Assembly (NCBI RefSeq): GCF_963921235.1
Contig: NC_086108.1
Location: forward strand, 74,588,001-74,652,000
From: Mobula hypostoma
Lineage: Eukaryota
DNA length: 64,000 bases
Reading direction: 5' to 3'
Shown: in pieces, positions 1 through 13,780 of the stretch
How positions within the stretch are numbered: position 1 is the first letter of the stretch
Layout of the letters: every line of letters starts with the position of its first letter
Notes under the pieces: generated by a model
Databases searched by the model: none
What the model saw: only the letters and a program-made list of their open reading frames with translations
Told to the model about the DNA's origin: nothing
Position numbers and translations under genes: made by a program

Positions 1-385
1 TTTCTAGATGACTGAAATATTCCTACTGCCATAACTGCAGGTGGCAATGCTATTCTGTAATTGTTGCTTGGAAATAAAGTAACCTGGCTCAAGTCATTTC
101 CTCAATGTCTTATTTACTTTTTTCCTTCAGCTTTCTCTTAAAAGCATTTGCTTGTGTGATTGCATTTTACTTTTTAACTTTCCTCAAGATGAAGTAATTT
201 CTCAGAAATCCTCTACTGGAAATTTTATATAAGCAGATTTTAAATGCCCTTAAGTTAAACATATTTAAATATATTAAAGATTAGCCATTTCAATAACAGT
301 AGATTCCAATAAGTGACGACTAACAAACTCATCTGGAAATTGACATGGAGAGTATAATGAGCGGATTTAGAACCAGTCAGGACAA

Positions 386-830
386 TCCATAAGACCATAA
401 CACATAGAGCAGAATTAGGCCATTTGGCCCATCAACTCTCTTCCACTATTTCATCAAGACTGATTTATTATCCCTCTCAATCCCATTCTGCTGTCTTTTC
501 CCTGTAACTATGACATCCTTACTAATTAAGAATCTATCAACCTCTGCTTTAAAAATATCCAATCACTTGGCTTCTACTGCAGTCTGTGGCAATGAATTCC
601 ACAGATTCACCACCCTCTGGCTAAAGAAATTCCTCCTTTCTTCTAATGGAAAGTCCTTGTATTCTGTGCCCTCTGGTCCTAGACTCCCTCACTATAGGAA
701 ATATCCTTTCCATGTTCACTCTATCTAGGCCTTTCAGTTTTCAATGGGCTTCAATAAGATTTCCCCCTTTTTCTAAACTCTAGCAAATGCAGGGCCAGAG
801 CCATCAAACGCTCCTCCTACATTAATCCAT
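386..830 (-). mobile_element. CR1 LINE 3' fragment
   Basis: Reverse strand has the typical CR1 3' end (QRVVNLWNSLP-type coding remnant, short TTATGGTC-type tail); similar to copies at 13.8-14.8 kb and 17.5-18.0 kb. Confidence 0.8.
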
Positions 831-1036
831 GGTATTTAGTTTTGCACACTTGCACTGTTAAGCTTGTTAGCTTTTCCAGGATAGGAGATACATAATTCGT
901 TTTCCAAGTGAAGAAACCCTTACTATCACTCTCCCTTTTCAGGATAGTTTCTGGGAGTCAAATGATGAAAAGAAAAGCCAAATAAACATTATTTTTACTT
1001 TTATTAGTTCTCCTTCCCCCGAATGTTTTTTCATAT

Positions 1037-1490
1037 TCTTTTCATTTTTTTAAAATTACAAACAAAAAACAAAAAAAAACAGCACTTCTACAAAAACCAT
1101 GACCTTAACAAAATCTGATTAAATACTGAGGAGCAAAAGAGAGAAAAATATAAAGGCAAAAGTAAACATACACAGCAGAGGTGCACTGCACCAAAAAACC
1201 TCAGGCCTCACCCCGTAAGAAAATCCAATACAGAGCTCCATACCATTTCAAAGATGTCCCCTCTGTCCTCATTACATAGTCTCAGTCTCTCCAAATGTAA
1301 AATATCTGCCAGTTCTCTCAGCCACAGATCGTACATAGGCACAGAGTCCATTTTCCACATTTGCAGGATTAACTTCTTAGCAATCACCATGCCAAACAAT
1401 ACAGCCGCTTTTTCATACTTATTGGCTGAAGATAGGGAGCTTGTTGCTCCACCCCAAATGTTTTTACTGAGTGACTGTACATTATGATGC
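1037..1490 (-). mobile_element. L1/Tx1-like LINE ORF2 C-terminal fragment with 3' UTR
   Basis: ORF 1208..1621 ends in AKKLILQMWK...LWLRELADILHLERLR...FEMVWSSVLDFL, resembling fish L1/Tx1 ORF2 C-termini; T-run near 1037-1051 is a possible poly(A) remnant. Confidence 0.6.
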
Positions 1491-1621
1491 AACAGATCCA
1501 AAAGCATGTACTGAAAAGTACAAAAACAGTAATGACAGAAAAGCTTGAAAGCGCACACCATCAGGCTTAAGGACAGCTTCTGTTCTGCTGTTGTAAGACT
1601 AATGAATAATTCCTGGTACAA

Positions 1622-1842
1622 TAAGATGGACTCTTGACCTCAGAATCTCTTTATGACCTTGCACCTTATTGTCTATCTGCACTGCACTTTTTCTTGTAAT
1701 TGTTACTCTATTCTTCACTCTGTTCTTATTTTACCTTGTACTACCTCAATGCACTGATGTAATTAATTAATCTGTATGAACAGTATGTAATGCAAAGTTT
1801 CACTGTAATTCAGTGTGTGACAATAATAAACCAATTTACCAG
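1622..1842 (+). mobile_element. Non-LTR retroelement 3' UTR/tail (Rex1-like or derived SINE)
   Basis: Ends in TGTGACAATAATAAACCAATTTACC, similar to other Rex1-like tails in the window. Confidence 0.45.
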
Positions 1843-2077
1843 TAAGCCAATGTAAATGGGAGCCACCTTCAAAATGATGAATTTAGTAGTACTGGAGTGT
1901 CTGGGGTTTTCCCGGTATCAGTTTTACACGTAACAACCTTACAAGTCATACACTGCCCAATCAACATAAATTAGAGCTTATGTTTGCAACCTATGACCTC
2001 TACTGAAATTTCACAGAACAAGAACTTGGGGCTCATCTTATTGAGATTGCTAAGGATACATTGGTTAAAGAACAATG

Positions 2078-2227
2078 CATAAAATGCTGAAGGAATCCAT
2101 TGGGTCTGGTAGCATCTATGAAGGGAAGTGGACATTTTTTGTTTGAGATCTGGACTGACTCCACCAAATTCCTCCAACATTTTGTGCGGTGCTCCAAATC
2201 CAACACCTGCAGTCTCCTGTATCTCTG
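2078..2227. mobile_element. Penelope-like repeat remnant with inverted arms
   Basis: AAAATGCTGAAGGAA...AGCATCT arm followed by an inverted TTCCTCCAACATTTTGTG arm; same family as 18.4, 19.4-19.9, 35.1, 37.8 and 41.7 kb. Confidence 0.5.
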
Positions 2228-3329
2228 TCAATTTAAAAAATCTGGCATTTTGACATCAGTGCCTGGTACATGGTCTATGCCAGCTGCAATTTTCATTGCA
2301 CCGAAAATTTCACACCAATCATTGAATGCAGCCTTTTTAAATGATGCAGACCAGTGCTACACGTTATGATGCATGCCTCATTGATCAATCCATTCCTCAT
2401 GCTGGATGGTTCCACTTGGGGCATGGCATTAGACTGGTGCAGCTGTTCAATGGGTGTGGGTGAAGGTGCCCCACCTTGCACATACCCACAGAAGTGTACA
2501 GCCCTGCCCGAAGATTTGCCTCACCTCCATAAAAATCATTCATGCAGCTGTTCTGCATGGGAAGAGTCCTTTTAAGATCGTAAACTAGTCCCAATGATAA
2601 GCACATCAAAATAAAGGCAATTTAATCATTTTTTGCAGTTCCTTTTGAGGAGGTCCCATTTCAGCATATGATTCTACTTCTTTTAACATTTTTAGCCAAT
2701 GTTGATTATTTTTTGCAGGGTATCAATCTGGGTGTTCATGCAATCAGCCACAAATGTTTAATGCTACAAAAAAGGGTCAGTTTCTAGGCAAATAGCTTTG
2801 TAAAAACAAAATAATGCCTACTTTAAACCTCTGTTTGTTGCACACTAAACAACTTTAAGACATGCATGTGATTTTTACTAGAAAAATCACATGGAGAAAT
2901 GTCATCAGGAGGATCTCTTTAAGGTTGTTATTACTGAATATATCAAATTACTAAAGCATTCCAGAAACTGATATAAGGACAGAAGACTGTTTCAAAGTTG
3001 TACTTGTTTATCAAGAGTGCTAAAATCTCCACAGATTAACTGAAACTATTTTAAATTTGTGAAACTTATTTTACACATGAATTTATTCTGAAATATTCTG
3101 TTTTTGTCCGGAAAAAGATATATTGAATTGGTGATTTCCTTACATTCCACATTGTCAGTGCTCTAAGTACTATGAGTGACATCTGGAATGAATTTGGAGG
3201 GGCTTCACAAAGGCATTTGTAACTGATGAAATTGTGCAGGCAATGAAATGCAGCCAGTCTCAGTCTCACTCTGAAATGCAAAAGTTTATTACCCAGCCTA
3301 TTTCCGTAGTGTTCAGAGCTAATTGGCGA

Positions 3330-4110
3330 GTAATTGTTTGACTTGTTTATGGCGGAAAGCATTTGGTAGAATCTTAGAGAACCGTCGTGAGTCTCAATTG
3401 CCTATACTAACTACTGTGAAAGCTTTATCTCTTTTCTCCACATTCACTCTCTCTTCTATTCTGAGTCACTGGAGACAATCTAATGCTGAAGTCAAGATGG
3501 CTTCTATTGTTGGAAGTCTTGCTTTACAAGGGGCTTCAGAAGTTTGAAAGCTACATTTTATATACTGTACATCGATTATGTTTTGTAATAAGTGTAGATC
3601 AATTTCATACATGGTAGTGGTGTGGGTTGGTTGTTGTCAAAATATTGGTGGTGAATTCAAGAAGGATTTAAAGTTGTCTGCTTGACTTCCCTTGTACGCA
3701 GAACACTGGCATATTTATCAATGTACGCAAATTTAATGATTGATGTCCCCTTGGTTTTAGACTTCATTGAGTTGGCCAAGATTAAAAGATTTTCCATCCA
3801 TTGAGTACTTAGAGGTAGTTACTGAGGGGAGGTGGTCACTGATACAGAACCAGATTGCTGTAAGAAAAATGATACAGTGAGTTAGGACCATAACAGAGCC
3901 GGTTTAAACCTGTTGCTGATGGCTAAGAATTTCCCCTCTGCTGCATTGAACAACAATGGTTACATAATTAAGTAAGAGGACCATTGGAGGTAGTCAAAAT
4001 TAAGCAATAGCTTTCACAGGGGCTTCATGGTTGATGAAGTCAAAAGCCTTGTGGAGATCAGTGAAAGCTACAGAAATTTAGTGTAGCACTAAATCATTTT
4101 TGGCTATAAT
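3330..4110 (-). mobile_element. Ancient RTE-like LINE reverse transcriptase fossil
   Basis: Reverse strand 4024-4068 reads AFTDLHKAFDFINHE (D-x-x-KAFD RT motif); a degenerate QG-motif-like segment lies near 3870-3920. Confidence 0.45.
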
Positions 4111-4199
4111 GAGTGCAGGAATTACTGCTCTTGCTGGCCTTTAGTAGGATTTCTTCAGAAGGGGGAAGGAGTCCATTGAGCAAAAAGTGGGCAAGAAAT

Positions 4200-4705
4200 T
4201 CCCGTGCAACCCTCAATTCACCCGTACTCTTGGATCAATTCAACATACCAGGGTCACTGCGCGTCGGACCTGGTATCCCGGAATCCCCTCAACACACTGG
4301 ACCTGGAAACCCTGCACTCCACTCGACACACAGGGGTCCCTACACTACCCCCGATACACCGGGCTTGTGGTCCCTTAGCACACCGGACTGGGATCCTTGC
4401 ACTCCTCTGAACACACCAAGATTCCCATACTCCCCTCAGCACACTCTGGACATGGGGTCCTCATGCTCCTATAAGTGCATTGGAATCTATGATTTTTGTA
4501 ATTCCTTTAACACACCAGATCTTGGGACCCTACACTCTCCACAGAACACCAGACATGGGATCCTTGCACACCTCTAAGCGCACTGAAGTCTCCATGCTAC
4601 CCCTCAGCACAGTGGACCTGGAGTCCCACGCTCCCCTAAACACTCATGGAGTCTGAGGTCCGTGCACTTCCCTCAACACATTGGACCTGGGTACACCGCA
4701 ATTCC
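4200..4705. repeat. Degenerate minisatellite of about 33-35 bp (consensus roughly GGACCTGGGATCCCNNGCACTCCCCTCAACACACT)
   Basis: GGACCTGG recurs at 4266 and 4299 (33 bp apart) and at 4614 and 4683; roughly 14 divergent units with no unique spacers. Confidence 0.75.
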
Positions 4706-4869
4706 AGGTACATAGTGGTCATGGGAATAGATAATGTTGTTCCCTGACCTAGGGCCTTAAATGGAGGGAAGGTGGATTTTAGCAGTGTGAGCTATGAGCT
4801 GGGAGGGGTAATTGGGGAGCAGTTGTTGAGGGGGTGGGCGTTGGTGGAGGAAAGAATAATCTGATATGT

Positions 4870-6112
4870 GGGCAGTATTTTAAAGCAAGTTGAAGTTCAG
4901 AGTCAGCCTGTCTCTTCAAGGATAAGAAGCAAAGAGGACTTTCTCAGGAACCCTTATTAATGGCATATATTGAAGTTTTGATAAGGGAAAAGAAAGTATA
5001 GGTTAGGTATAGATTTTTTTATCAAACAAGTCACATGCGTTTTTTTTGAGAATGTAGGAGAGAGCAAGAAATAAAATAGGAGGGCAAAAAGGGGTCATGA
5101 AATTACCTTGCCAAGTAAGATTAAGAGAATTGTAAACATTTTATAAATATATTAGAAACAAGAGGGTGGTTGATTAAGGAATAGGTTCTCTTAGGGACCG
5201 GGGTAATGTGCATGCAGAGCCAGAGGATCTGTATTGAATATTTCTCATCAGTATTCATCAAGGAGAAAGACATGTGGTTAAGGGAAAGTATGCACTGTTA
5301 TTCTAATACATGTGTGTATTAGGAAGGAGGAAGTGCTAGAAATATCAAAGAACATTAGAGTGCTTAAATCTTCTAGGCCAGACAGGATCTATCCCAGAAT
5401 AGTAAGGGAAGCAAGGGATGTGCTCTGATGCCGGATCGGCGGAATTCGGATCTGGGTTGGCGGTCACTCTTTATGGAAGGACTGAATTTGTGCAGCAACT
5501 TTCCTTGTATGCAGATGAAAAGGTGTTTCTGATATTCTGAGATTTATGTGATTATTGGACTGTATATTAGTTTCCTTCAGTTTTTTTTGTTTCTTGTGGC
5601 CGATTGGCGGGTGGGTGATCTGTTAACTTTTTGTGTGTAAGTTGGGGAGGGGGTTGGGGGTTTTGATGCTGCTGTTCTTTTCTGTAGGTGAGGAGGCCGG
5701 GATTGTTATTGTCACTGTTTTTCCTGTGGGTGAGTGGGGTGTGGATTTGATGCTTTTGTTAATGCTTTTTTCTGCGGGGAGGGGTGGGGATTTTGGGTCC
5801 TGCAAGTTTAGTTTCTTTTCTTTATTGTGCTAGGGGGGTGTGGAGTTGATGTCTTTTCTTTCATTAAGACTAACATGGTCTCTCTGTATTTCATGGCTAT
5901 CTGGAGAAGACAAACATCAGAGTTGTATTGTACATGCATGCTTTGATGATAAAATGAACCTTTGAGCAGATATTTTGTCACAGTCCAAGAAGATTGGGGA
6001 ATAACTAATGTTGGCCCCTTGTTCAAAAAGGACAGTAGGGATAATCCTGGAAATTACAAGCTGGTAAATTTTGCATCAGTAATAGGGAAGTTATTGGAAA
6101 ATATTCTGAGGG
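4870..6112 (+). mobile_element. Old CR1 ORF2 fragment, interrupted by a younger insertion
   Basis: Remnants resembling KSPGPDGIYPR (about 5367-5400) and ANVxPLFKKxxRDNPGNY (about 6003-6057). Confidence 0.65.
5420..5965 (+). mobile_element. Unclassified non-autonomous retroelement inserted in CR1
   Basis: Ends in GATAAAATGAACCTTTGA; related reverse-oriented tails at about 30417 and 60357. Confidence 0.45.
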
Positions 6113-9100
6113 TGCTTTGAAGATGATTCACTGTTGGTGAAGTAGTTGGAAATGTCTTGGTATTGACTTTGTTGCCATATAAATACATTGATGGAGGTAC
6201 AAGATAAGCTGAAGTGTTGCTTCTCAAGATGTCAACCTGTTATTAAGAACCAGGGCTTGATTAAAATCTAAACACATTCAAGGATTCATCCAGAAAACAG
6301 TCAAAGGTATTGTAAATAGTTGTTTGAATTTAATGCTTCAGTGGTTACACTGGGTTTTGAAATAATTATAACTTTATGTCAAGGTGTTTAAAAAAAATTT
6401 CTACCAATGTGGGCTCAGTTGATGGTTACAGATAATATTCTGCTTATGGGAATTGGAGTAAAGATTTCCTGCACAATTAGGAGGGCCTCTCATTGTCGAG
6501 TTCAATTTGTTTGAAAACATGATTGCTTTTGACACACTGTGTTATCTGTTTGTTCTTATTATTAGAATGTTATTATTTTAGAGTAAGCTCATTATGGACT
6601 TTTCCCATGTTTTCAATTGTAATGGTATGAAGTAGACTGGTGCTGTGCTAGTTCACAGTCTAGTTTGACTGTAATGTATTGACAGTATTGTAGATTAAAA
6701 CTTAATTCAAACAGTAAGTTTCTTTCCTACTATTTTTTGTTAGTGGATTCCTAACAGTGACTTTAAGAGTACTTTCCTTGAGAGTAATCTCCCTTCGTTC
6801 ATTTACCATACAATGCCCTTCTTCGATTATTTTCTTTGTGTTGCACCCCAGTTGCCTTAGTTTTTGCCATTTATGTGGTTAGAAATGGGAAGATTTCATC
6901 AAAGAATCAAATGACAGATCAATCTATGAAAGCAAATGCATGAAATTTAAAGTAATCTGTTGAGATAAACATAAATTGTACTAATTTATTAATTTGTTGC
7001 CAATTTGCTTTGTCTGATGGGTTTAAATTAAAATTTCTTGGCTGTCAGTGATGAATAAATGACTTAATCTCCTTTATCTTCTATCTGAAAAGCAGTGAAC
7101 CTAGCAGTGCATGCACCATTAGTATATAAATCAAAGAGCAGCTTCCAGCACAGATCTACTTATAAATCTGAAAGTTGCTATTTAGATATACTACTTCTCT
7201 AGAAGTTGCAAGAGTATGTTATCTTGTCCAGAGATAAGATTAAAATAAATGAAATGGGGTAAACTTGCTGTTTTTACCTGACAAATCCTAATTCTGGAAA
7301 AAATATATGATTTTAACAGGGTGTTGCAACTTAATTATTGCCAGGAAACATTCAATTCATTAACTGAGATTTCCTGATTCAGATTTCATGGTGCTTAATA
7401 TGGTTCTTCATTCTGATTGGTTAAGGGAAAACAATTGCCAGTTCTGCTCACTGAGATCTGAGGCCCTTGTAGTGGGTGTTGTGGTTTTATTGATGAAGGC
7501 TGATAAAAGCATCCTTGACCACAAGAAGTCTGTAGTAAAGTATGAAATTTTTACTAACTGCAAAGTTCAGATCATTTTTCATTCAACTTCTAATTCTTAT
7601 TTAGGGTAAACTGTTCTTTTCCCAATGATTGATTTATCAATATCACAACCGGTAACTCACTGAGCAACTACAAGTAGCAAATTAGTGTTGTAATTTTGAA
7701 GAAAGCAGTCCTTCTCCTGTTATCCACCTCTATCCTGAGGATTTTCTGTAAATTGGTTGAACTAGTCAATCAGAAGTGAGCAAATAAGAATGACCTTGTA
7801 AGAAAATATGAAATTGTCTATTTTGGCAGAAGCATTTTACCTAAATGCTGAGATACTGCAGACCTCCAAGATGCAAATAGACCTGGGTGCCCCAGTACTT
7901 GAAACACAGTACGTAGGTACAAAAAATGCATCACTGAGGGAATGGAGGAACACTTTTGGAATTGCTGTCTTTTGTTGCCTTTCTCAGTTTGTGCCACTTT
8001 TCCAGGTGTAAATCCCTTTCAGAATGACTACCAGGCCTACTTCAAAAACAATGCATCTTCTTTGAAGAGATGCCAACTGGTAGGCTGGTTTTAATTAGAA
8101 CTAGCCAATCATTATGTGGCTCCCTCCAATGCATTCAACAGCCTGGTGACTACTGGTTGGTTTGTAGTCAGAATTGGTTCTCGTTCTGAATACACATTGG
8201 TTTGCTGCCAGAATTTCAGTTCAATGGGGAAATGTAAATTATTGCATGTGACAAAGACTCAAGGGATATCCATGTTGAAAGCAAAAATAAGGGGAATCCT
8301 AGCCAATATTTTTCCCCATGAGTATAATCCTAAAATGGATTATTTCTTGGTCGTAGTTTTTTTGTGGGATCCTGCTAAGTGCAAATTAGATACTAAAGTC
8401 CAAGCATTTTTCAAAAACTGCTATATCGTTGTCTGTTAATCGCTTTGATTTGTCCCAGTTGCATGAAAAGTAAATTGAAAATGTTGGTAATTTTCAGTAG
8501 ACGGTTGATTTGAAGTGTTAACTCTTGTTTCTCGCTGGAGATCTCTAATCCGTTGCATATTTTCAACATTTTCTGTTTATTTTATTACTGTATTTCTATT
8601 TTCTGTGTATGTGACAGCTGTAATATGAATGCATTTGTTAGGTAATTCTTTATTAAATTACTCATTACATCTTATCTCTAGGAAATAAGCTAACATTCTT
8701 AGATTCTTTATCAAAATGATGATACATTGTTATGCTAAGATAGATTTTTATTTACTTTGTAAAATCTGTGGCTTGGAATGGTGTTTGTAACACTCAAATA
8801 TTTATAAATGAAAAAGGTTTGCTTATATTGCAACAGTGTATTAGTGTCTACATGGTTTACCTTTTGTGTACTAATTCAATAAAAAGATTTAAAAAGAAAG
8901 AAAGAAAAAGGTGTGCAAAAACAACTATTTTATCCAGAGTATGTTGTGCTGAAATAATTCTAAATTATTTTTTCCCAGTGAATAACCAACTGTTTGATGA
9001 AGAATAATTATTGTGACCCTTTGTATAGTTTAGCTTTATTGCCTTGTGTCATAAGTGTTCAAGTGCTACTTAATGTTGCACTGTGTCAATGGAACCATCA

Positions 9101-11561
9101 CTTGAATGACACCACTCATCTTCTCAGGTAGATTTAAAGCTCTCAGAAAGTTATTTGGAAAATAACTGAGGAGTTATCCTGGTGCTTTGGACAATGTTTT
9201 TCCTTTATTCAACATTTGAAATAGCTCACCTTTATTATTGCAAGTAAATTGTTTGCTGTTTCCCACAATAATAATTGGACTAAAGAAGTGTCCCATTGGC
9301 TGGTAGTTTTCCTGTACACAAGAAAGTGCTATATAAAATATTCTTTTGTTTTTATATGTACACTTTCCATGATATGAAAACAGGTGAAACTAATATCTTG
9401 GATCATGAATTTAATATAACAATCAAGAATGTATCTTGTGAAATCCAGTGGGACTTGCTCCATAATTAGACTACTTTTTGGACCAATGCCTAGATCTGTA
9501 TAATCTAAATTACATTGACCTGAAGGCCCAAGGATGTAAAAAAAATGAATAAAGAACAATCATACATGAGAGTGTTGTGTTTTCTTATGATGAAGGATCT
9601 GGGCTGTCTTTAGGATAAAGCGGAAACATGGAGCACAGTCCATTATGTGACTTTGTATGAATGGGTACAATTGATTCGGCTGTATCTATGTGTTGCATTG
9701 TTCTGGACTCTTAGCTATGTAGATATCACCAGTAGATTAGGACTATCATCTAAAATTAACAAATTTATCAGTTAGTTCCTGGAAATTATTGACTTAATAC
9801 ATTATAGGAGATTTAATTAGCATTAACAAGATGCAGGATGTCTGAGAAAGTTACTCCTAAGGAATTATCTTCCATTTGTGAAAAGAGTGAGGGGGAAAAT
9901 GCCTCTCTTTACATTTCATATTTTTGTGTGGATTACATCCTATACTTTAGTCCCAGACAACTGGAAATAACCATTCTTGATAGTCAATCTTAAATGTCAA
10001 TAGTTGAAATTCAATTTCATCTTCGAACCCTTCACAGCATAATATGGCTATGTATCTTTCAGCTAGCAGAAAGAACATTTTTAACCACTAACAATTACCT
10101 AGGGAACTACAAATTTTTAATTTATTTTCATAGCATGAGATAATGTTTAATAGATGGACTTTTTGTTAATAAATTAATCATTTTTATTAGATATAAATAT
10201 ACTTTAATATTATGGATTTCAGTTAAAGTATATTGAAGGAAAGGAACATAACCTTGATGTGCAATTATATCTAGGCAATATTTATAAACTCTATATCTAG
10301 GTATACAGTAAGGAATGATTGTTCTGGTGACAATGCACAGAGGAGCATAATGGTATGTGTAGATATCAATATTATTTTACTTTATTTTTTAAACTATCAA
10401 CAGTTTTTGGGAATTTCAGGCTTCCCAATCTGGCCAGTTTTCTTTACGTTTCAGTTCCAGCAATGTGGTAATGAAACCATCTGATGGTACCAGTAGCTTT
10501 GTTACTTTAATATATGTACCTTGCCTTCATTTTATTCTTTCACTATAGGATACAGCTAAAGCTTTAAACTATTTCCTTTGGCTTTCCTTCTCATTCTTTT
10601 CCACCCGTTTTCTCTAAGGCAAGCAAAAATGGGAAATGTTATATCCTGGTATCCTCTTCCACATGAGAAAACTCTTTTATCAGTGATAGAATTGGTCTTT
10701 GGTGGTTTGGGTCTCTTTTATATCATAATTACAGCCAAATATGAATATAGATTGCATCTTACAGAGTAAGGCTATTGAAAGTGTTGTTATTTACCAAAAT
10801 ATATCACCTTTATTTATATATGAATAAAAGGCAGTTCAAAGATTAGGGAAATGGAACACTAAACATTTCTGTGGAATCACTTAATAATCTAAAGTAGCAA
10901 AGTAGAGGGCTGTGGAAACAGCCAATATTATCCCGCCACCTTTACTTTGAGAGTAAATGTATTTAATTTAAGGTATTAGTCCAATAACTAATGTTTGAAA
11001 CAATCGATAATTATTTAACTTGCTTTAATCTTTAAGAAGGGAGTCCATGAGGTATTTGATGTGATGGTGGATTAATGGTCTATTATAACCTTTACCCCAG
11101 TCATAATGCTCCATGAAGGGTGTTTTTTTAAAACATTGTTGTGTACATTGTGTCAATTTCTGAAGAATGATCTGCTGACTTTCAGAAATCCAGAAAATGC
11201 TCCTTGGCACCCATAACTAGTTTAAACCAAGCTCTTGATAGAACTTTAATTGTTAAGCAATATTGAAAATATAGTGAAAGAAGGGAATAGTTATCTTAGC
11301 TAACACCTGTGTAAAGCAAAAATGATAGTGTGCTTCTAAGCTTAGTGCCCATCTCACCTTGATGCAATTCAAAGAGGAAGAACCTTGCTATTTATTCTGA
11401 GATCAGCACTTCAACTTTTGTTGAATTGCCACATCATGGTATATCATCTCAGTAGCACATTGACGCAGGTTCATCAACTCTGACAAAATAAAATTGGTTT
11501 AGTTGAACATGAAAAAATTCCCATGTTTATATGAATTGTAAAGCTACATTCCTTTGTGGAT

Positions 11562-11965
11562 AAAATTCAAAGTAAATTTATTATCAAAGTACGTATACAG
11601 TATGTCACCACATGCTGCATTGAGAATCATGTTCTCGCAGATGTTCACAGAACAAAGAAATAGAATAGAATCAATGGGGGAAAACACAGAGTGGCAAACA
11701 ACCAATGTACAAATATAGAAATAAATAAATAAATAAATAAATAATACTGAAATCTTCAGATGTAAAATCTTTGAAAGTGAGTCCATAGGTTGTGGAATGA
11801 GTTCAGAGTTCATATTATAAATGGTAGTTAACGAGCCTGATAGTTGAAGGTTAATAACTGTTCCTGAATCTGGTGGTGTGGGACCTAAGGCTCCAGTACA
11901 TCCTTTCTGATGGTAGCAGTAAGAAGAGAGTATGGCCTGGATGGTGGGGATCCTTGAAAAACACA
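11562..11965 (-). mobile_element. Rex1/Babar LINE 3' fragment
   Basis: KDPHHPGHTLFLLLPSERMYWSLRSHTTRFRNSY, the Rex1 C-terminal motif, followed by a 3' UTR containing (TTTA)n. Confidence 0.8.
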
Positions 11966-13780
11966 TTTTGGGTCATTTTGCACTGTTCAAAGTACTTAAC
12001 AATCTCAAGCAGGTATTCCATGACAAAATACTTAAGTAAGACCATATTAGTCCGAGGCACACATTGGATTTAGACTGACTCCAGTAAACTCTTGCTAATA
12101 AGATAAGGATGATAAATATTTTTGTCGTATTAGTGTTGGCCAGAGTTGATAATTTAAGAAGATTTATGTTGTATTTTTAAAAAATTTTATATTTGTTATA
12201 TTTGGGCCCGATGCTGGTCCCTTAGGCTTGAGTCGACGTAATAGTATGTTGTAGAAAACATGCAAAGTCTAGTATGAATCAAGCAGTGTAAACTAAATAT
12301 TAAGATAGCAAAAATCCATAATGGTTCACATAAAGAAATGAGCATATTATCTCTGGAAGTGCAACACCTGAAAAGAATATTTGATCACCTCCAAATTTTA
12401 TTGAAACGTTTCATTTAACTCTTAAGAGAAATTTGTGTGTATTCATTTAACTCTGTGTTGTGAGTAATTAAATATTTAAGTTATTATTGACTTCTATATT
12501 AAACATTGGAAAAAAAAACTGCTCCAATTAAAACTTTAAGTAGAAACAGAAAAACATTCATTATACAGCCACTCCAAAAAGCCATAATTAGGTAAAGAGA
12601 AACCCGTAGCCTAATTATATCTTGCAATAGATTTCAGCATTAGAAAGGGTAACGGGTTTAAATGCAGGACTGGCAATTGAGAGAATGTAAACAAAGACCC
12701 CATTCAATGAACACTTTTTTTTATAAATGTACGTGAGTTTGGATTAGTTACAAACTGACCAACTGGGACTATTTGAGGCACCATCATAAGGAATGCTCAC
12801 TATATAAATGCTGTGTTTTCCCCTAATTAGTTTACAGCTGCTTATAAAGACTCTGTGGAAGAATATTAGTTGCTGCCTACTTGGTACTTTAACTTATCTG
12901 ACATTAATGCATAATAAATGTGATGCTCTCTAAACGACTGCACTCATTGATATTGTATGCTTTCCTGTTTACTTAAAGATTTCTGAATGTGTTTCACTAT
13001 TTTAGATTGCTATTTTAATTACAAATTAATCAGTTTTGTCAGAGTTAACACAACTGTGAATTATCCAGACAATCATATCAATAGTATAATTGGACTGTGA
13101 TTTAAATAATTGATTAGATTGGCATTTCCTGTTTTCAACTTAAAGCTTTCCTTAATTAATCTGGCTCCTAAATTTGCATAATTTAGAGTCCACTGGGTTA
13201 GTGAGCTATTTGGCCCTGTTTATGCAATCTTTCAGTGCGAGGGTAGAGATATTGGCAGTCTTATACATAACCTACAGTTGTCCCAATGTTATTTATTTGT
13301 CTTCATTATTCACTTTTATTTTTATTCACATGTGCATCTTAGAGTAGGTTCAACCATACATGAATATAGCCAACTAGAACAGTGTTCCTCCAGAGCCAAG
13401 GTGCAAAACACATTACGAACTGCACACTTCACATAGCACAAATATCTCATGGTTATGACTTCAGAATAAAAATAAAATGAGGCAAACATAATGTACTGCT
13501 TGTAATTAAGAATATTGGTGGGATAGCCAGCTGTTTATTTCAGGATGGGTTTGTTTTCTTGCAGTTTTACCTGGTACTTTTTATTTGGATTTGCAGCTCC
13601 TGCTGATGTGTTGTTGTTTTCTTTTGCTTTCACTGTGATAGTATTGGCTTTGTTGACTACAAACTTCTAAACTCAAATGAAGACCTTAAGTCCTATTCAA
13701 TATAGATAGCTATGGGTGCACTCACAAAATTGGGGTTATATTGCATCTACCCAATCTTCAAAAACTCTTTCTTCAGATTG

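Noticed and set aside
4200..4705. Possible CRISPR-like array
   Set aside because: Units are contiguous and degenerate with no unique spacers, no cas genes are present, and the context is vertebrate
6200..11500. Short 60-110 aa ORFs in AT-rich sequence
   Set aside because: No recognisable domains or splice-supported structure; consistent with chance ORFs
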